Origin: Candidatus Eiseniibacteriota bacterium
GTDB taxonomy: Bacteria > Eisenbacteria > RBG-16-71-46
Direction: 5' to 3'
Assembly (NCBI GenBank): GCA_963725865.1
Contig: CAVSAC010000014.1
Location: 192,001 to 256,000 of the forward strand
DNA length: 64,000 nucleotides
The translations under genes were made by a program, and so were the position numbers. This document shows positions 22,315-34,490 of the stretch, piece by piece; positions within the stretch are counted from its first letter, which is position 1, and each line of letters starts with the position of its first letter. The notes under the pieces are model-generated. The model ran no database searches, was not told the origin of the DNA, and worked only from the letters and a program-made list of their open reading frames with translations.

Positions 22315-23865
22315 TCAGGGCGTGGGCGTGACCGGCGGCGCCGCGCGCTGGTAGAGCGTGATCCCGGGCGCGATCCACATCGGGCCCAGCCATTCCGCGG
22401 CGGGCGGGCGCGGGAACCGCGCGGCCACGCGGTACGGCCCGTCCGGCGGCGCCGCGTGCACCACGTCCCACCACGCGGCCTTGATCCGGGGATCGCGGAC
22501 CAGCAGGAATGTGTCGATCGACGAGATCGCCACCACGTCCCCGACCGGCGGTTGCAGCCCGCCGAACAGCGTCTTCTCGGTCACGCGGGTGACCTCGTAG
22601 CCGTGCGGCGGCCGCAGGTTGATGTGCCCGTTGCCGGACAGCTCGAGTGTGGCGCCGGCCGGCACGTGGGCGCGGATCCAGCGCTCGGCCGCGAGCCGCG
22701 GGTCGGTCAGCATGAGCCACGACACCAGCGGGCCGCCGCTCATTGCGAGCAGCACCACCAGCGCGGCGAGCGTCGGCCGGCGGCGCGGCGCGTGCGTGAA
22801 TCCCCGCGCGGCCAGCGGAATCGCGAGCACCAGCAGCGGCAGCAGGAAGCGCGGGAACACGTAGCCGACCCGCCCGATGAACCCGCCGGCGTACACCAGC
22901 GCGACGAACGCGCACCAGCCCAGCCCATGCACCGAGACGCGCCGGGCGAGTGCGAGCGCGAGCCCGAGCAGCACCGGCAGGCCGAACGCCAGCGGCGCGT
23001 ACTCGGCGCACTGGAGCGCCAGCCCGGCGAGCCCGCCGGGGGTCAGCGGGTACTTGCGCCCGCCGAGCGCCTCGGCGAACAGGAACTCGTGGTGCGCGCG
23101 CCAGCCGGTGAGATTGAACGGCAGCTGCCACAGCAGCGCGTACGCGAGCAGCGCGGCCGCGCCGACGGCGGCCACGGCGAGCAGGCGGCGCCCGGTGGTG
23201 GCGGGCCGGTGGAAGGCCTTCCAGGCCGCCGCCAGCAGCAGCGGCGCCGCCATCGGGCCGGCCTGCTCCTTCGAGCACACCGCGCACGCCACCGCGGCCG
23301 CCGCGCCCAGCAGCGGCGCCAGCGATGCGCGCCGCGACTCCACCAGCGTGAGCGCGAGGAACAGCCAGAACAACGCGTGCACGTCCACGTTCGAGGTGCG
23401 GCCGTAGAACGCGAACTGGGCCGAGCCCATGAACAGCACCGGCACCACCCAGCCCGCGGTGTTCGGTTCGAAGCGCCGCACGCGCCGCGCCGCCAGCCAC
23501 GCGGTGCCGAGCGCGAGCAGCACGGTGGTGAGCCGGGCGGTCGTCACGAGGATCGCGATCGCGACGTCGGGATGCGCGAAGCCGAACGGATAGATGGGGC
23601 TCGGCGTGCCGAGCTCGCCGGCGAACTTCAGCGCCCCGAGCACCGGCAGGTAGGCGGCGCCCATCAGGTAGTACGGCAGCGGGCCGTACACCGAGTACCA
23701 GCCCGGACCGAAGTGGGCGGCGAGCCCTTTCAGCACCGAGCCGGGCGCGAGGTTGTCGCTGTCCCAGGGAAGAGTGGCGTCCGCGCCCCACCACACCGGC
23801 ACGAGCAGGACCAGCGCGAGCCCCCACCAGGCGAGCGTCGTGCTCCAGGAGCGGCGGTCCGTCAT
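22315..23865 (-). CDS. GT-C fold glycosyltransferase-like membrane protein
   Basis: Polytopic; 'WDSDN', 'YGPLPYY', 'ARL', 'NVD', 'SKEQ', 'PRFLLP'. Confidence 0.7.
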   Translation of the reverse strand: MTDRRSWSTTLAWWGLALVLLVPVWWGADATLPWDSDNLAPGSVLKGLAAHFGPGWYSVYGPLPYYLMGAAYLPVLGALKFAGELGTPSPIYPFGFAHPDVAIAILVTTARLTTVLLALGTAWLAARRVRRFEPNTAGWVVPVLFMGSAQFAFYGRTSNVDVHALFWLFLALTLVESRRASLAPLLGAAAAVACAVCSKEQAGPMAAPLLLAAAWKAFHRPATTGRRLLAVAAVGAAALLAYALLWQLPFNLTGWRAHHEFLFAEALGGRKYPLTPGGLAGLALQCAEYAPLAFGLPVLLGLALALARRVSVHGLGWCAFVALVYAGGFIGRVGYVFPRFLLPLLVLAIPLAARGFTHAPRRRPTLAALVVLLAMSGGPLVSWLMLTDPRLAAERWIRAHVPAGATLELSGNGHINLRPPHGYEVTRVTEKTLFGGLQPPVGDVVAISSIDTFLLVRDPRIKAAWWDVVHAAPPDGPYRVAARFPRPPAAEWLGPMWIAPGITLYQRAAPPVTPTP

Positions 23866-23889
23866 GTGCGGGTGAAGAGGCGCCGGGCG

Positions 23890-25776
23890 CTAGGGCGTGC
23901 TGCTGAGGTCGGTGACCGCGGCGGGTGGGATGGTGTCGGCCAGCGCGGTCGTCGCGAGCGGCGAGTTGCTGGTCGACGACCAGTTGTTCGCCTCGTCCCG
24001 GGTGCGCAGGGCGAAGTAGTAGGTGGTTCCCGGGGTGAGCCCGAGCACCACGAAGGTCTGCAGCTGTCCCGGCAGCGACGGCGATGGCAGAGGCGAGAGC
24101 GCGGTGGCCGCGGCGAAGTTCGCGCCGGTGATCGGCTGCGTCGAGTAGCGGATGTCGTACGCGGTCGCGACGCCCGACATGCCGTCGTCGCCCGGCGCGG
24201 TCCAGCGGAGCACCACGTTGTTCTCGCCGATCTGCGTGACGGTCAGGTCGCTCGTCGCGGCAGGGGCCGTCTGGTCGCCGGTCTGCGACTGCGACGAGTA
24301 CGCGCCGACGTAGCCGTCCGGCCACGAGGCCAGATAGGCGGGCGAGCCGGTACGCGGTCGCAGGTCGAGGTTGTTCCAGCTCGGCGACGTCAGCTGGGGA
24401 TCGACCCAGGTCGACGCGCAGTCCTTGCCGAAGCCGGTGCACCACGCGGTGCCGGGCCCCACTGCCGAGATGGCGCCGGTCGAGCGGATGTAGACCGCGT
24501 GGGTCGGGTCGTTGCTGGTCGCGTAGACGAGGTTGCTGTCGCACTTCACCGAGGCGACGTCCGGGATGTAGCTGTGCGCGCCCGTCGTGCCGCTCGAGGT
24601 GTAGAACACGTTCGACTTGATGGTCGTGTTGGTGAGATCCGTCTGCTGGGTGTCCCACGCGATCGTGCCCGTGCCGTAGAACGTGTTGTGGCGGAACACC
24701 AGGCTGTCGCCCTTTGGCTCGAACTTGCCCTTGAACGCGAAGACGTTGCCGAAGAACCGATCGCCCCGGGTCGGACTCTGATGGCCGAGCAGGTCGTCGA
24801 TCTTGAACACGCAATCGGTCCACGAGTTGTACCTGCAGGTGCCGGGGAACGCACCCGAGGTCGCGAACTCGGCCTTGACGCCGTTGGTGCTGGTCGGATC
24901 GACCTGGAAGGTGTCGCGCACGAACGCGTTGAACTGCGCCGAATCGCGCTGGTTGAGCACGTAGGGCACGAACGACGCGAGGTTGCGGAGCGTCCACGAA
25001 CAATCGACGAACAGGTTGTCCTTGGTGCGGTAGTTGATCATCCCGTGGGTGTCGGTCGCAGTCGCCAGCACGGCGAGCTGGAAGCGATTCCGGATGAATC
25101 GGTTGTTACGCATGTGGGCGAACGACATCGCGTTCGAACCGCTGCTCGTGGCGCAGCGGAAGACGTTGTCCTGGAACGTGCACCACGCCGTGATCGAGGC
25201 GTTCGCGGTGGTCACGTCGCCGGGGTACACGCCGATCTGGAACTTGTCGGTGTCGTCGCCGGTGCCGACGGCGCAGTTGGCGACCACGCAGTACCACGCG
25301 CCGGTCGCGAACAAGCCGCGCTGGCCGACGCAGGTGAGCACGCTGTCGTACATCGCGCCGTTGCCCGAGCCGTTCGCGGACAGCGAGATGTCGCCGGTCA
25401 CGGTGACGCCCTTGACCGTGACGTAGTCGTTGCCGACCAGGCTGATCTGGTTCGCGACCACGCCCGCCGGCGAACCGAGGTTGCCGATGTAGCTGATCCG
25501 CGCGCCGCTGGTCCCGCTCGCGTTGGGCGCGATCGCGTCGGAGTAGGTGCCGGGATCGATCAGCACGACGTCGCCAGCGACCAGGGTGGAGTTCGCCTTG
25601 CCGATGGTCCTCCACGCGGTGGCCGACGAGGTACCGTTGTTCGTATCGGTTCCGGTCGGCTTGACGTAGTACGTGGCCGCGAGCGCGGGGAACGCGGCGA
25701 GCGCCGCGAGCAAGGCGGCGACGAGCGGGCGGACGATCCGCCGGGCGCTGCGACTGGTCACTACACGGGTCGGCAC
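23890..25776 (-). CDS. Secreted right-handed beta-helix protein with C-terminal FN3 domain
   Basis: Signal peptide ALA-ATYYV; 'GTDTNNGTSSATAWRTI...GDVVLIDPGTY'; FN3 'WTAPGDDG...YDIRYS...LTPGTTYYFAL'. Confidence 0.78.
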   Translation of the reverse strand: MPTRVVTSRSARRIVRPLVAALLAALAAFPALAATYYVKPTGTDTNNGTSSATAWRTIGKANSTLVAGDVVLIDPGTYSDAIAPNASGTSGARISYIGNLGSPAGVVANQISLVGNDYVTVKGVTVTGDISLSANGSGNGAMYDSVLTCVGQRGLFATGAWYCVVANCAVGTGDDTDKFQIGVYPGDVTTANASITAWCTFQDNVFRCATSSGSNAMSFAHMRNNRFIRNRFQLAVLATATDTHGMINYRTKDNLFVDCSWTLRNLASFVPYVLNQRDSAQFNAFVRDTFQVDPTSTNGVKAEFATSGAFPGTCRYNSWTDCVFKIDDLLGHQSPTRGDRFFGNVFAFKGKFEPKGDSLVFRHNTFYGTGTIAWDTQQTDLTNTTIKSNVFYTSSGTTGAHSYIPDVASVKCDSNLVYATSNDPTHAVYIRSTGAISAVGPGTAWCTGFGKDCASTWVDPQLTSPSWNNLDLRPRTGSPAYLASWPDGYVGAYSSQSQTGDQTAPAATSDLTVTQIGENNVVLRWTAPGDDGMSGVATAYDIRYSTQPITGANFAAATALSPLPSPSLPGQLQTFVVLGLTPGTTYYFALRTRDEANNWSSTSNSPLATTALADTIPPAAVTDLSSTP

Positions 25777-25841
25777 ATGGGCCCCCTGGGGTGGCAAGAC
25801 GGCAACTGCCCGAGCGTCGTGGGCAGGGCGAGTCAAAAGCA

Positions 25842-25857
25842 AGCACTACCTGTGCCT
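25842..25857 (-). promoter_or_regulatory. Putative sigma54 (-24/-12) promoter
   Basis: Minus strand AGGCAC-AGGTA-GTGCT (GG-N10-GC), about 65 nt upstream of the beta-helix gene. Confidence 0.45.
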
Positions 25858-26115
25858 GCGCTGGCCGGGGAAGCCAGCGCACAAGTCCTTATTCGGCCAT
25901 GAGAGCGTGGGTGTTGAGCGGTCGCTGGCCGGTGCGGAGACTGCAACCGCGGGCATCTTGCAACAGGTGGCGGCCGGATTGCCATGCGTGAATACACCGA
26001 GAGCGTTCGGAAGTTGCCAAACTGCGGCGGTCCGTCGCCGCCCCGCTGGGCGCTGGACGTGCGGCATGTCGCATCGTAACTTGCGGCCCACCTGCCCGAT
26101 GGCCACGGAGGTCCA

Positions 26116-27444
26116 TTGAACGCCGCCTTCCACCGACTCCTCTACTTCACCGCTCAACGACTCCGCGGTGAACCGGTCGCCGCCACGCTGCGCGAGCTCG
26201 AGAGCAGCCAGCGCTGGCCGCGCGAGCGCCTGATGGCGCAGCAGTGGGCGCGCCAGCGCGCGCTCGCGCGCCACGCGTTCGACACCGTGCCGTGGTATCG
26301 CGAACGCTGGAGCGCGGCGGGGATCACCCCCGACGACCTGCGGACCCCCGCCGACTGGCAGCGCCTGCCCGCGCTCGGCAAGGAGGAGCTGCGCACGAAC
26401 GGCGCGGCGCTGCACTCCACGCGGCCGCTGCCCGGGCTCAAGGCGTCCACTTCGGGCTCGTCGGGCACGCCGATCGCCGTCGAGCGCAGCCACCTGTCGT
26501 GGGCGCACGCGCACGCGAACGTGTTCCGCGGCTGGCGCTGGCACGGCATCCAACCCGGGGAGCGCTACGCCTACCTGTGGGGGCTCGCGCTCGACACCAG
26601 TGGCCGCCGGCAGGCGGCGCTACGCGACTGGTTCTTCAACCGCGAGCGGCAGTCGGCCTTCTCGCTCGGCCCCGAGACCGCGCGCGCGTTCTTCGAGCGG
26701 CTGCGCCGGCACCCGGTGCGCTTCGCGTTCGGCTACCCCTCCGCGGTCACGCACTTCGCCGAGGAGGTGCTGGCGCAGAAGCTCGACGGCCACGCGCTCG
26801 GGATGCGCGCCGTGATCACCACCGCCGAGGTGCTCAAGGCGGAACAGCGCGAGCGCCTGGTGGCCGCGTTCGGGTGCCGCGTGGTGGACACCTACGGGTG
26901 CGCCGAGGCGGGCGTGGCCGGCTTCGAGTGCGAGGCCGGCGGCATGCACGTGCCGGTCGAGTCGGTGGTGGTGGACCTCGTGCCCACCGAGGACGGCCGC
27001 ACCGAGATCCTGCTCACCGACCTGTTCAATCTCACCCAGCCGATCATCCGCTACCGCGTCGGCGACCTGGTGGAAGCCGCGCCCGACAGCTGTCCGTGCG
27101 GACGCACGCTCCCGCTGCTGGGGCGCATCGAGGGCCGCGCCGGGGACTTCCTCACGCTCCCCGATGGGCGCCGCATCAACGGGCTGCTGCCCTATTACAT
27201 CTTCCGGCCGCACGCCAAGAGCGGCGAGGTGCGCGAGTACCAGTTCGTGGAGTTCCCCGACCGGCGCATCGAGCTGCGCGTGCTGCCGGGCGAGAAGTGG
27301 GACGACGCCGCGCGCACCACCATCGAGCGCGAGGTCACCGAGGGACTCGGCGTGCCGGTGAGCCTGCGCGTGGTGGACGCCATCCGACGGCTCGGCCGCG
27401 GCAAGCACCGCGACTTCGTGAAGGCGAGCGACCTCGGCGAATGA
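26116..27444 (+). CDS. Phenylacetate-CoA ligase-like/CapK family adenylating protein
   Basis: 'STSGSSGTP', 'GYPS', 'TYGCAE', 'PIIRYRVGD', 'IEGR', 'GKHR'. Confidence 0.87.
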   Translation: MNAAFHRLLYFTAQRLRGEPVAATLRELESSQRWPRERLMAQQWARQRALARHAFDTVPWYRERWSAAGITPDDLRTPADWQRLPALGKEELRTNGAALHSTRPLPGLKASTSGSSGTPIAVERSHLSWAHAHANVFRGWRWHGIQPGERYAYLWGLALDTSGRRQAALRDWFFNRERQSAFSLGPETARAFFERLRRHPVRFAFGYPSAVTHFAEEVLAQKLDGHALGMRAVITTAEVLKAEQRERLVAAFGCRVVDTYGCAEAGVAGFECEAGGMHVPVESVVVDLVPTEDGRTEILLTDLFNLTQPIIRYRVGDLVEAAPDSCPCGRTLPLLGRIEGRAGDFLTLPDGRRINGLLPYYIFRPHAKSGEVREYQFVEFPDRRIELRVLPGEKWDDAARTTIEREVTEGLGVPVSLRVVDAIRRLGRGKHRDFVKASDLGE

Positions 27445-27460
27445 CCGGCCGCGGGCGCGC

Positions 27461-28483
27461 CTAGGCGTGGGCCCCGGCCTTCGCCCGGCGCGACTTCACC
27501 AGCTCGGCCACGCGGGCGCGGATCTCGCGCGCGCCCGCCGTGAGGCGGTTCTGCACCATCCAACGCCCGCCGCCGCCGAGCCACAGGTGCATCGCGCAGC
27601 GCTCCCCGCCCAGCTCCTTCTTGAACGTGGTCACCCCGCCCCAGTTCATCCAGCGCATGCCGCGCTCACGCCCGCGCCGCAGCGCTTCCCATGCGAGCGC
27701 GCCGTTGGCACCGCCCTTCATGGCCTCGAGCGTGGACGCGTTGGTGCGGTAGTCGATCATGCCCGAGGGCGCGATCCCGAACCCCGAGCCGGCCTCCACC
27801 ACGCCCTCGCGCTCAGCCACCAGCAGCCACATCCACGGATGCTCCCACTCGCGCCACGCCTCGCCCGGCGCCGCGCGCTCGGGGATCGGCGGGAGCTTCT
27901 CGCCGCGCCGCGCCTCGGTCTCGGCCTGGAGCAGCGCGAACGCGCGGAACTGCTCCGGCGTGGTGGCGTCGACGATCGTGTAGCCCGCCTTCACCGCCTG
28001 CTTCACGTTGCGCCGCTTGTTGGTGTCCATGCTCTTGAGGAGCGCGTCCTCGGCCGGCGCGAGGTCCTTGATGAGCGTGGCGCCCGCGACGAACGACGGG
28101 ATACCGCGCCCCGCGGGGGACGGCAGATAGAGCATCAGGCGGCGGCGCTTGGCGAGCGCGTGTGCCTGCTCGTACACCCAGCGCGCGTCCTCGGCCGCGA
28201 ACACCAGCGGCGCGCCGGCGGCGCGCTCGAACGCCACCTGCCAGCGCCACGGCCAGCCGCACACCAGTCCTTCGCGCGTGTCGCGCAGGAGCAGCGCCGC
28301 GCGACGCCCATCCGCCTCGACGAGCGCGGCCAGCGCGTGGCGGCCGTGAGCGGCCTCCCAGAGCAGGTGAGCGGTGACCAGGCTGTAGTTGGAGTGACCG
28401 GAGGTCGCCAGGCGGGCGCTCCAGGCGGATTCGAATCCGGACGGCGGCGCTTCGTGGGTGTCCCAGACGCTAACGCTCATCAT
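27461..28483 (-). CDS. GNAT/FemAB-like acyltransferase
   Basis: 'LLKSMDTNKRRNVKQAVKAG', 'ANGALAWEAL', 'FKKELGG'. Confidence 0.78.
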   Translation of the reverse strand: MMSVSVWDTHEAPPSGFESAWSARLATSGHSNYSLVTAHLLWEAAHGRHALAALVEADGRRAALLLRDTREGLVCGWPWRWQVAFERAAGAPLVFAAEDARWVYEQAHALAKRRRLMLYLPSPAGRGIPSFVAGATLIKDLAPAEDALLKSMDTNKRRNVKQAVKAGYTIVDATTPEQFRAFALLQAETEARRGEKLPPIPERAAPGEAWREWEHPWMWLLVAEREGVVEAGSGFGIAPSGMIDYRTNASTLEAMKGGANGALAWEALRRGRERGMRWMNWGGVTTFKKELGGERCAMHLWLGGGGRWMVQNRLTAGAREIRARVAELVKSRRAKAGAHA

Positions 28484-28619
28484 CCCTCGCAGGTGGGCGG
28501 GCTGTGCGCATCCGTCATCGGCACGACGGCGCGAGGCCTGAAGTGCGCGCAGACTAACGGCGCGGGACGGAGGCGGCAACACCGCCGGTGGCCGCGAGTG
28601 CCAGGAGCGTGGACGCTCC

Positions 28620-29684
28620 TCAACGCGGGGCGGCGGTGGAGGCGCCCCAGCCCAGCGTGATGACCTCGAAATCGTCCGCCGTGAGCGCGGCGAAGGCGGG
28701 GTTGAGCACGTCGTTGTCCCAGCGCGGATCCATCGTGCCCGAGACGTAGAGGTCGGTGCCGTTATCCGCCACGATCAGCCCGTGGGTCTTCATCGCGCGG
28801 AAGATACGCTGCACCGGCGCCGGGTAGCCCGAGAGGTCCTTCGACGCCTTGAGCCGCAGGCGCGCGCCCATCGGCAGAGCGCCGGCGGTGGTGCCCGCCT
28901 CGTGCGAGGCGGGCCACACGTACCCGTCGGTCGCGCGCACCGTCACTCGGAACGCGTGCGCGATCTCGGCGCTGCCGTACGCCTCGTCGTAGCGCACCAG
29001 CCCGGGCAGGATGGCGAGCCCCGCGGCGTCGGCCGAGGTCCAGCCGTCGGGCCGTCGCGCGTTCGAGGTCAGGTCGAACGCCGCCCCCGAGCCCGCCTCC
29101 CAGCGCGCGAGCGAAGTGTTCCAGCGCGTGGCCCAGGTCTCGAACAGCAGGTGATGGTCGCGGTCGACGATCAGCAGGTGGCGATCCCCGCTCGATCCGC
29201 CGCCCGCGACGCCGCCTTCGATCCAGTGCGCCTGGCTGCGCGCGGCGCCCGGCACCGGGAAGCCCGCTGGCCGGCCCGGCGCCCCCGCGTCGCTCTGCGA
29301 GCCGTAGAGCACGTACGTCATCGCGCTCAACGCCTGCGACCCCGGCACGACCGCGAACGGGATGCCGTAGGGCGGTGGTCCGAAGTCCGGGTGCCCGCGG
29401 CGCACCGCGGTGGTATTGCCGCCCACGCGTCCGCTCACGAAGTCGATGTAGGCGTCCGACGCCGGATCGACCGGCGCGCCCGAGATGTCCACGTTCCACC
29501 AGTTGTCGGACGGGAACAACGCGATGCCCGCGAGGTCGCCGAGCAGTTGCGCGCTGTCGGGCGGCGCCGCCGGCGGCGGCGCGCTGCCCGGCGCGGTCGG
29601 CGCGGAGCCGCTCGAGCCGCAGCCGGAGGCGAGCAGGGCCGCCAGCAGGACGAGGGCCGCGAGGGACGAGACGCGGGTGGTCAT
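28620..29684 (-). CDS. Conserved hypothetical lipoprotein
   Basis: Lipobox LASGC, Pro-rich linker, then 'FPSDNWWN', 'GDRH', 'SADAAGLAILPGLVRYDE'. Confidence 0.75.
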   Translation of the reverse strand: MTTRVSSLAALVLLAALLASGCGSSGSAPTAPGSAPPPAAPPDSAQLLGDLAGIALFPSDNWWNVDISGAPVDPASDAYIDFVSGRVGGNTTAVRRGHPDFGPPPYGIPFAVVPGSQALSAMTYVLYGSQSDAGAPGRPAGFPVPGAARSQAHWIEGGVAGGGSSGDRHLLIVDRDHHLLFETWATRWNTSLARWEAGSGAAFDLTSNARRPDGWTSADAAGLAILPGLVRYDEAYGSAEIAHAFRVTVRATDGYVWPASHEAGTTAGALPMGARLRLKASKDLSGYPAPVQRIFRAMKTHGLIVADNGTDLYVSGTMDPRWDNDVLNPAFAALTADDFEVITLGWGASTAAPR

Positions 29685-29775
29685 ACGCCTGGAGGATCCA
29701 GCACGAAGCGTTCCCGTCTCCACCCGTCGGACACCGGAGGCGGGCGGAACCGCTCCCGCCCCGCCCGCGGGCCGG

Positions 29776-32385
<2,610 letters not shown>

Positions 32386-32558
32386 GCGTGGGGTTCCTCC
32401 GGCCGCGCCGACTCTAGCATGGTCGCGCGGCACCCTGGTCGCTGGCGCTCATGCAAGCGACGCACCGCGGGAACAGCCCCGCGTGGAGACCGAACGAGGA
32501 ACGGGGCGCCGCGCGCGTGCGCGACGCCCCGTCGGAGGTCCGGCCCGGCCGCGCCGGC

Positions 32559-33827
32559 TCAGGCGGCCTGTTCCAGGTACGGGACCAGCAGGGGCAGCAC
32601 GCGGCGACCGATGGCGGGAAACTCCATCGCGAAATGGACGGCGTCGGTCAGCGTGTCCCACGAGAGTTCGCGCGCGTCGATGCGGCGCGCCAGGTCGAGC
32701 AGCGTCGCCCGCGCACGCGAGCGGTGGCCTTCCGGCACCTCGAGCGCCTCGATGTCGCCGGCGAGTGCCGCGATCGCGAGCGCGGCCGGCGCCGAGAACG
32801 GGCCACCATCCGGGAGCTTGCGCTTGACCGGGCGCGCCTCGGAAGCGAGCACCGGCGAGAGCCGCATGAACTCCTGCATGGCCTGCTCGACGTCGGCCTC
32901 GGCCTGCGTCGCGCGCTCGGTGTCCGCGCGCTCGTGCGCCACGTTCGAGGCCATCCGGTCGGCCAGCGCCTCGGGCCCGACCTCGACCTCGCCCGCCTCC
33001 GCCGTGGAATCCTGCTCCTCGTCCATCAGATCCTCGGAGTCCGGCGTGTCGGGGAGCGGCGGCGGGGCCGCGACCGCGCGCGGCATCGCACGGCGCGGCG
33101 GCGGCGGAGCGGGAAGCTCGGCCTCGGGCGGTTCGGAGACCCCCGCGGGCGCCTCGAGCGCATCGGCGGCGACGAGGTCGATCGGCAGCGAGGTACCGGA
33201 CGCCGCTTCGGCCGCCGCGTCCTCCTCGTTGAAGCCGAGCATGTCCTTGAGGCGTTGCCGGTGTCCGCCCTTGCGTCCGTTCTTCGCGGCGCGTGCCGGC
33301 CCCTTGGCGGCCGGCGCCTTCGGCGCACGGGCGCGCGCAGGCTCGGCACCCGGCAGCGACGGCATCTCGAACACCGAGGGCTCCCCCCGCGACTCGGCCG
33401 CATGGGGCCGCGCCGGAGCGGCCGGCTTCGCGCCGCCCGGCAGGTCGACGGTGGGGAAGTCGTCCTCCGCCACGCCCGGGTCCAGTGAGGGGGGGCGGGC
33501 GTCGACCGGCGCGCCCGGAATGCCGACCAGCGCGATCTCGGCCAGCAGCGAGCGCAGGAACGCGGAGGCTTCGGCGCAGCCGCGCTCGTAGCACTCGCGC
33601 ACGTACTTGGTCTCGGCCTTCGACGAGGGCGCGGAGAACGGCACGCGCCGGAAGCGCTCACCGCGCGTGGGGTCGCCGGGCCAGATGCGCTGGATGACCG
33701 TGAGCGTGTTCTGGCGCCACTGCTTGAAGTTCGGATCCCGCGTGTTCGCGTTGCGCAGGCTCCCGAGCACCTCGAGCTGCTCGTTCAACATCTGCTGAGC
33801 CCGGGTGTGGTCGGCGATGTCGCTCAT
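32559..33827 (-). CDS. Hypothetical protein (helical N- and C-domains, acidic/Pro-rich linker)
   Basis: Long ORF with GGAGG-like RBS region; fills the gap upstream of clpB. Confidence 0.7.
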   Translation of the reverse strand: MSDIADHTRAQQMLNEQLEVLGSLRNANTRDPNFKQWRQNTLTVIQRIWPGDPTRGERFRRVPFSAPSSKAETKYVRECYERGCAEASAFLRSLLAEIALVGIPGAPVDARPPSLDPGVAEDDFPTVDLPGGAKPAAPARPHAAESRGEPSVFEMPSLPGAEPARARAPKAPAAKGPARAAKNGRKGGHRQRLKDMLGFNEEDAAAEAASGTSLPIDLVAADALEAPAGVSEPPEAELPAPPPPRRAMPRAVAAPPPLPDTPDSEDLMDEEQDSTAEAGEVEVGPEALADRMASNVAHERADTERATQAEADVEQAMQEFMRLSPVLASEARPVKRKLPDGGPFSAPAALAIAALAGDIEALEVPEGHRSRARATLLDLARRIDARELSWDTLTDAVHFAMEFPAIGRRVLPLLVPYLEQAA

Positions 33828-33881
33828 CCGCGCATCCCTCCCTTCGGCCATCGAGCGCCTGAGGGGGAACGCAGGCGTTCA

Positions 33882-34490
33882 TCACCAGTCCGAGAAGCGC
33901 TCCTCGCGCCAAGGGTCGGCCTCGTTGTGATACCCGTTGCGCTCCCAGAAGCCCGGACGGTCCTCGCGCGCCAGCTCGATCCCGCGCACCCACTTCGCGC
34001 TCTTCCAGAAGTAGCGCCGGGGGACCACGAGACGCAGCGGCCACCCGTGCTCCGGGGTGAGCGGCTGGCCGTCGTGCTGATCCGCGAGCAGGACATCGTC
34101 CTCGAGCAGCTCCGAGAGTGGCAGGTTGGTCGTGAATCCCAGCTCCGCGTGGATCACCGCGTGGCGGGCTTCGGGATTCGGCGTCGCGCGGCTCAGCACC
34201 TCGCGCACCGCGACCCCCGTCCAGCGGTTGTCGTAGCGGCTCCACCGCGTCACGCAGTGGATGTCGCTCTGCACCGTGACCCGCGGCAGGGCCTGGAACT
34301 CGTTCCAGTTCATGCGCACGGGTGTCGCCACCTCCCCGAACACCCGGAAGTCCCAGGTCGCGAGATCGATGGACGGTACCGAGCCGTGATGCAACACCGG
34401 CCACTTCTCGGTGTGCACCTGCCCCGGCGGGAGACGCGGCTCCCGTCGCGGACTGACTCGGTTATCGGCGGGCTCGCGGTCGGAGTTCAT
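33882..34490 (-). CDS. Sulfite oxidase-like molybdopterin oxidoreductase
   Basis: 'RLPPGQ', 'DIHCVTRWS', 'EHGWPLRLVVP', 'WKSAKW', 'GFWERNGYH'. Confidence 0.9.
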   Translation of the reverse strand: MNSDREPADNRVSPRREPRLPPGQVHTEKWPVLHHGSVPSIDLATWDFRVFGEVATPVRMNWNEFQALPRVTVQSDIHCVTRWSRYDNRWTGVAVREVLSRATPNPEARHAVIHAELGFTTNLPLSELLEDDVLLADQHDGQPLTPEHGWPLRLVVPRRYFWKSAKWVRGIELAREDRPGFWERNGYHNEADPWREERFSDW

